Assembly (NCBI GenBank): GCA_910585195.1 | Contig: CAJUCX010000003.1 | Span: 1,828 to 65,827 of the forward strand | Direction of reading: 5' to 3' | Length of the DNA stretch: 64,000 nt | Origin: an uncultured Christensenellaceae bacterium | Lineage (GTDB): Bacteria; Bacillota; Clostridia; Christensenellales; CAG-314 | In this document: piece after piece, positions 60,859 to 64,000 of the stretch | How the letters are laid out: each line of letters begins with the position of its first letter | Numbering within the stretch: position 1 is the first letter of the stretch | Translations under genes and position numbers: made by a program | The notes under the pieces: generated by a model | The model's database searches: none | What the model was told of the DNA's origin: nothing | The model's input: only the letters and a program-made list of their open reading frames with translations

Positions 60859-62106
60859 TCAAAGATTTTCGTTTTGTATCAAAGGTTTTTCGCCCTTATA
60901 AAGCAGTTTCAAAAGCAAAGGGGCTGCAAGTGCGGATATAACCACCAACAGCAATACAAACGGCATAATGGCAGGGGAAACAAGACCGTTGTCCAAACCT
61001 TTTTGCGTGCAGACTATTACAACTTCGGCGCGCACCATCATACCTATGCCTACGCGCAAACTGTCTTTGATGCCGTATTTGCACATCAACGCGCCTGCGC
61101 CGCAGCCCAAAACCTTGCCGAGAAGTCCTGCCGCGATAAACGCCAACCCAAAGCCCGCCATTTGCGCGGTAATGCCCGAGAAGTTTGCCGTAATGCCTAT
61201 GTTTGCAAAAAACACGGGAGCAAAAATCATATAGTTGCTTACTTCTATTTTACGGTCGATGTACTCGTGTTCTTTTACGGTAGAGAGCACAAGTCCCGCA
61301 ACGTAAGCGCCCGTTATGTCTGCAACGCCAAACCATTTTTCCGCAGCGTAAGCAAAAAAGAAGCATATGGCAAAGCCTATTATCGGCAATCTGCGCGTAT
61401 GCGGCGCGCGCTTTTCTACGTAGTTCATAAGGAAGTGCAAGCCGACGCCCAACACTGCCGCAACTGCAAAAAAGCCAAACATTTTAAGTATTATTATACC
61501 GATGTTTCCCGCTCCGCCACCGCTGCCGAGACTTATAAACAGCGACAGTAAAATTATGCCTATTACGTCGTCCATTATTGCCGCGGCAATTATGGAAGTG
61601 CCGACTTTTGAGTTGAGTTTGCCAAGTTCTTTAAGAGTGGCAACGGTTACGCTTACAGACGTTGCCGAGAGAATCGTACCGTAAAACAAGTTTGGTATCA
61701 AGTTTTCGCTTAAATTTTCAAAACCGCCGTTAAACAGCGTCGCAACCAAAAAGCCCAACCCCAACGGGACTATTACGCCAAGCAAAGTTATAACCACCGA
61801 CGGCAGGCCGCAGGACTTAAACTGCTTTAAGTCGGTTTCTATCCCTGCAGAAAACATTATTAAAATTACGCCGATTTTTGCTATAAAAGAAAGTCCGCTC
61901 AACGCGTCGTCGGTGAAAACGGTTTGCTCGGGTATAAGGTTTATCAACCCCAGCAATATGCCTGCTACAATCATACCGACAACCTGCGGCAAACCCATTT
62001 TTTTGCCGATTAGCGCAAATATTTTTGCAAACAGCAAAATGAGCGCCAACGGCAGCAAAACTTCAAAATAAGATACTGTTTCCGAAATCGATAACAATTT
62101 TGTCAT
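60859..62106 (-). CDS. Cation:proton antiporter (CPA2 / Kef-type Na+/H+ exchanger family)
   Basis: Start set at MTKLLSISE (ATG 62106), which follows GGAGA. Polytopic, with the typical GLPQVVGMIVAGILLG N-terminal helix pair. Confidence 0.85.
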   Translation of the reverse strand: MTKLLSISETVSYFEVLLPLALILLFAKIFALIGKKMGLPQVVGMIVAGILLGLINLIPEQTVFTDDALSGLSFIAKIGVILIMFSAGIETDLKQFKSCGLPSVVITLLGVIVPLGLGFLVATLFNGGFENLSENLIPNLFYGTILSATSVSVTVATLKELGKLNSKVGTSIIAAAIMDDVIGIILLSLFISLGSGGGAGNIGIIILKMFGFFAVAAVLGVGLHFLMNYVEKRAPHTRRLPIIGFAICFFFAYAAEKWFGVADITGAYVAGLVLSTVKEHEYIDRKIEVSNYMIFAPVFFANIGITANFSGITAQMAGFGLAFIAAGLLGKVLGCGAGALMCKYGIKDSLRVGIGMMVRAEVVIVCTQKGLDNGLVSPAIMPFVLLLVVISALAAPLLLKLLYKGEKPLIQNENL

Positions 62107-62290
62107 AAAACATCTCCACGATTTTTTGTTATACTCTTTTGCTTTTGTTAAGTCAAGTGTTTTTTTATTCTTGTATCTTCTTATTTTATTTAATTGCAAA
62201 TCCGCCTTTTCAAAGCAAAAACGTTGCACTGTAATATTTATTAAGCACCGCCGTAAAATTGCATAAACGCTGTATAAAACCGTAATAACT

Positions 62291-62324
62291 AAAAAACCCG
62301 ACGAAATTTTTCGTCGGGTTTTTG
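62291..62324. terminator. Bidirectional terminator
   Basis: A6-CCCGACGA-6 nt-TCGTCGGG-T5. Confidence 0.75.
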
Positions 62325-62339
62325 TTCTTGTTTGTTATA

Positions 62340-62780
62340 TTATTTTCTTTTCAAAACAAGTCTTGCTTTTACGGCAACACCGTTTTCGGTTGTGTTGGTT
62401 TCATAAACAAGCTTGCCGTCCTTATATTCGAGATAAGGTACGGTGTCGCTTATATCACCGACGTCTTCGCCTTCGGTTTTGAATGTAAGTTTGTTGTCCT
62501 TAAATTCATAAGTGCCTGTTACCGTTTCGCTTGAAGCAGTTCCGCCCAATTCAGGAATGCCGGCCATAGAAAGCGTCATTGAGAAAGTATTGTCGTCTTT
62601 GAGAGATACGGAAACATCCATTCCCATTTCTTTCATATCAACTTCAATGCCCGCAGTGCTGGAAGTAAATTCTTCCAAGGTCCAATCGCCTACAACAGAC
62701 GTTCCGCCGCATGCTGCAAATGAAAACAACGCAACAAGCGTCAATGCCAAAACAGCAAAAAGTTTACTGAATTTTTTCAT
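62340..62780 (-). CDS. Lipoprotein (lipocalin-like beta-rich domain)
   Basis: 146 aa. Signal peptide with the lipobox LFSFAAC-GG. AGGGGGA ribosome-binding site. Confidence 0.7.
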   Translation of the reverse strand: MKKFSKLFAVLALTLVALFSFAACGGTSVVGDWTLEEFTSSTAGIEVDMKEMGMDVSVSLKDDNTFSMTLSMAGIPELGGTASSETVTGTYEFKDNKLTFKTEGEDVGDISDTVPYLEYKDGKLVYETNTTENGVAVKARLVLKRK

Positions 62781-62810
62781 AAGTATTTCCCCCTTTAAGT
62801 GGTTTTCCTA

Positions 62811-62840
62811 ATTTTATCACTGGGGGGGGGGGGCTGTCAA
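62811..62840 (-). promoter_or_regulatory. Promoter of the lipoprotein gene with a homopolymeric spacer
   Basis: The minus strand reads TTGACA - G C12 AGTGA - TAAAAT. The spacer is 18 nt, and TGA directly precedes the -10, giving an extended -10 TGnTAAAAT. Confidence 0.55.
62822..62833. repeat. G12 / C12 homopolymeric tract
   Basis: Twelve consecutive G on the plus strand, counted directly from the sequence. Confidence 0.95.
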
Positions 62841-63147
62841 TATCTTTGAACCCACAAAATGTGAAAAAGTTTGCCGAAAATCGAACAACGCAAGCCACCC
62901 GCCCCGCAATAAAGCATGTTGCAATTCGATATAAATTGCCCTATAAAAGCAAGTTGAGACAGTTGGCTGTCTGACAGTTTACAAACGCACGGCGGAGTAA
63001 TTATGCGATTTTTACTAAGATGTTTTTTGTTAAAGTAAGTTGCGGAATAATATTAACGGAAATCTAAGCAATAAAAAAAGAGCGTTGCCGCTCTTTTTAG
63101 TGTAACAAAAAAGTAAGGCGTTTGACCTTACTTTTTATTGTTTTAAG

Positions 63148-63777
63148 TTATGCTTTTGTAAAAACCCATTTGCCTGCGTTTGTTTCTCTTACCAAAGAGT
63201 CGCCGCCCAAAAACGGTACGCTTAGTTGATAGTCGCCTGCAAGCAATGCAAGAGGACTTGTACCTGCCGACAACGTTACAACGCCGCCCTCATACGTCCA
63301 AGTGCCGCTCATAGTTATAGACGCTGCTCTGCTTGCGCGGGTTTCTCCGCCTTCGCCTTCTCCTCCCGTTTCTCCGCCGGTTTCTCCGCCTGTGTTGCCT
63401 TCGTCGTCGGAGCCGCCCGTGTTACCCGCGTCTCTCGGTTCAAAAGTCATGGTGTACGCGCCGGAGCCGTTTTCTGCATTATATTTGTTGAGTGTCAACG
63501 TAAGTTTGCCGTTTGCGTCGCTCAAACTTATATCGGCGCCGCCGAGGTTGATTGTTCCTTCGGTGAGTTCCCACTTGCCTTGCGCATAGTTTGGGTTAGG
63601 CGGCATACCGTTGTTTACAAAAAACAGTACAAGCAATGCGATGTCTATTACCAAAAGAACAGCAAAGAGGATGATAAAAAAGTTTAAGATAGGATGCTTC
63701 TTCTTTTCCTGTTCATAAGGGTTGGCAGGATTGACGCCGGGAACTTCATTTTTATTTTTTTTATCTTTCTTCCCCAT
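63148..63777 (-). CDS. Membrane-anchored protein with a Gly/Glu/Thr-rich low-complexity insert; distant paralogue-like of the neighbouring lipoprotein
   Basis: Start set at MGKKDKKNK (ATG 63777), which follows AGGTGA. One TM helix. GKWELTEGT resembles GDWTLEEFT of the 62340-62780 product. The insert reads GGSDDEGNTGGETGGETGGEGEGGET. Confidence 0.55.
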   Translation of the reverse strand: MGKKDKKNKNEVPGVNPANPYEQEKKKHPILNFFIILFAVLLVIDIALLVLFFVNNGMPPNPNYAQGKWELTEGTINLGGADISLSDANGKLTLTLNKYNAENGSGAYTMTFEPRDAGNTGGSDDEGNTGGETGGETGGEGEGGETRASRAASITMSGTWTYEGGVVTLSAGTSPLALLAGDYQLSVPFLGGDSLVRETNAGKWVFTKA

Positions 63778-64000
63778 AATTTCACCTATATACAAAAATA
63801 TTAGTACAGTTATTATATACCTTTTTGCAACAATTTTCAATATTATATGCAAAGTTTTTTTCGATTAAACTGCAAATATAGGCATTTTTTTGTTTATTCG
63901 GGGCTAAGTTTAATATTACTAAGGCCTGCCTCTGAATATTTTTGTTCAAAAAACAATGCAAAAGAAAGCGAGATAAATAAAACCCAATGGCTTTTGCCAC

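Overview
This window is the replication-origin neighbourhood of a low-GC Gram-positive chromosome, probably a Clostridia-like spore former since Spo0A and YyaC are present. Gene orientation flips at about 48.7-49.0 kb. To the left, on the minus strand, lies the conserved origin-proximal set rpmH-rnpA-yidD-yidC-jag-mnmE-mnmG-rsmG-parA-parB. To the right, on the plus strand, lie dnaA-recF-gyrB-gyrA. The dnaN-dnaA spacer holds five co-oriented DnaA-box-like 9-mers, a CAG/TAG trinucleotide run and an AT-rich tract, which I call oriC. dnaN is not downstream of dnaA; it sits on the other side of oriC and is transcribed divergently. The rest is mostly housekeeping: a membrane pyrophosphatase, a selenium cluster (DUF3343, yedF, a cysteine desulfurase family gene, selA, selD), hsp20, a glycerol operon (glpP, G3P dehydrogenase, glpK), UDP-sugar and amino-sugar genes (galU, glmS, glmM, a short GlmU-like acetyltransferase), uppP, spo0A, purC, ftsH, two MATE pumps, a DMT transporter, a CPA2 antiporter and tRNA-Arg(ACG). 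I found no CRISPR array, rRNA gene or recognisable defence system. The items most worth a second look follow. (1) A 90-nt tRNA-like gene sits where selC is expected; it has a Sec-type scaffold, but I could not fold a UCA anticodon loop. (2) Two perfect parS sites lie inside a 457-bp cassette bounded by 72-bp inverted repeats that are themselves long palindromes. (3) Next to that cassette is a 54-bp near-copy of an internal ftsH segment. (4) dnaN is displaced across oriC. (5) A G12 tract forms the -35/-10 spacer of a lipoprotein promoter. (6) At the left edge, an integrase is followed by duplicated repeats resembling a tRNA 3' end. All calls come from reading the sequence and the supplied ORF translations by eye; no searches or folding programs were run.
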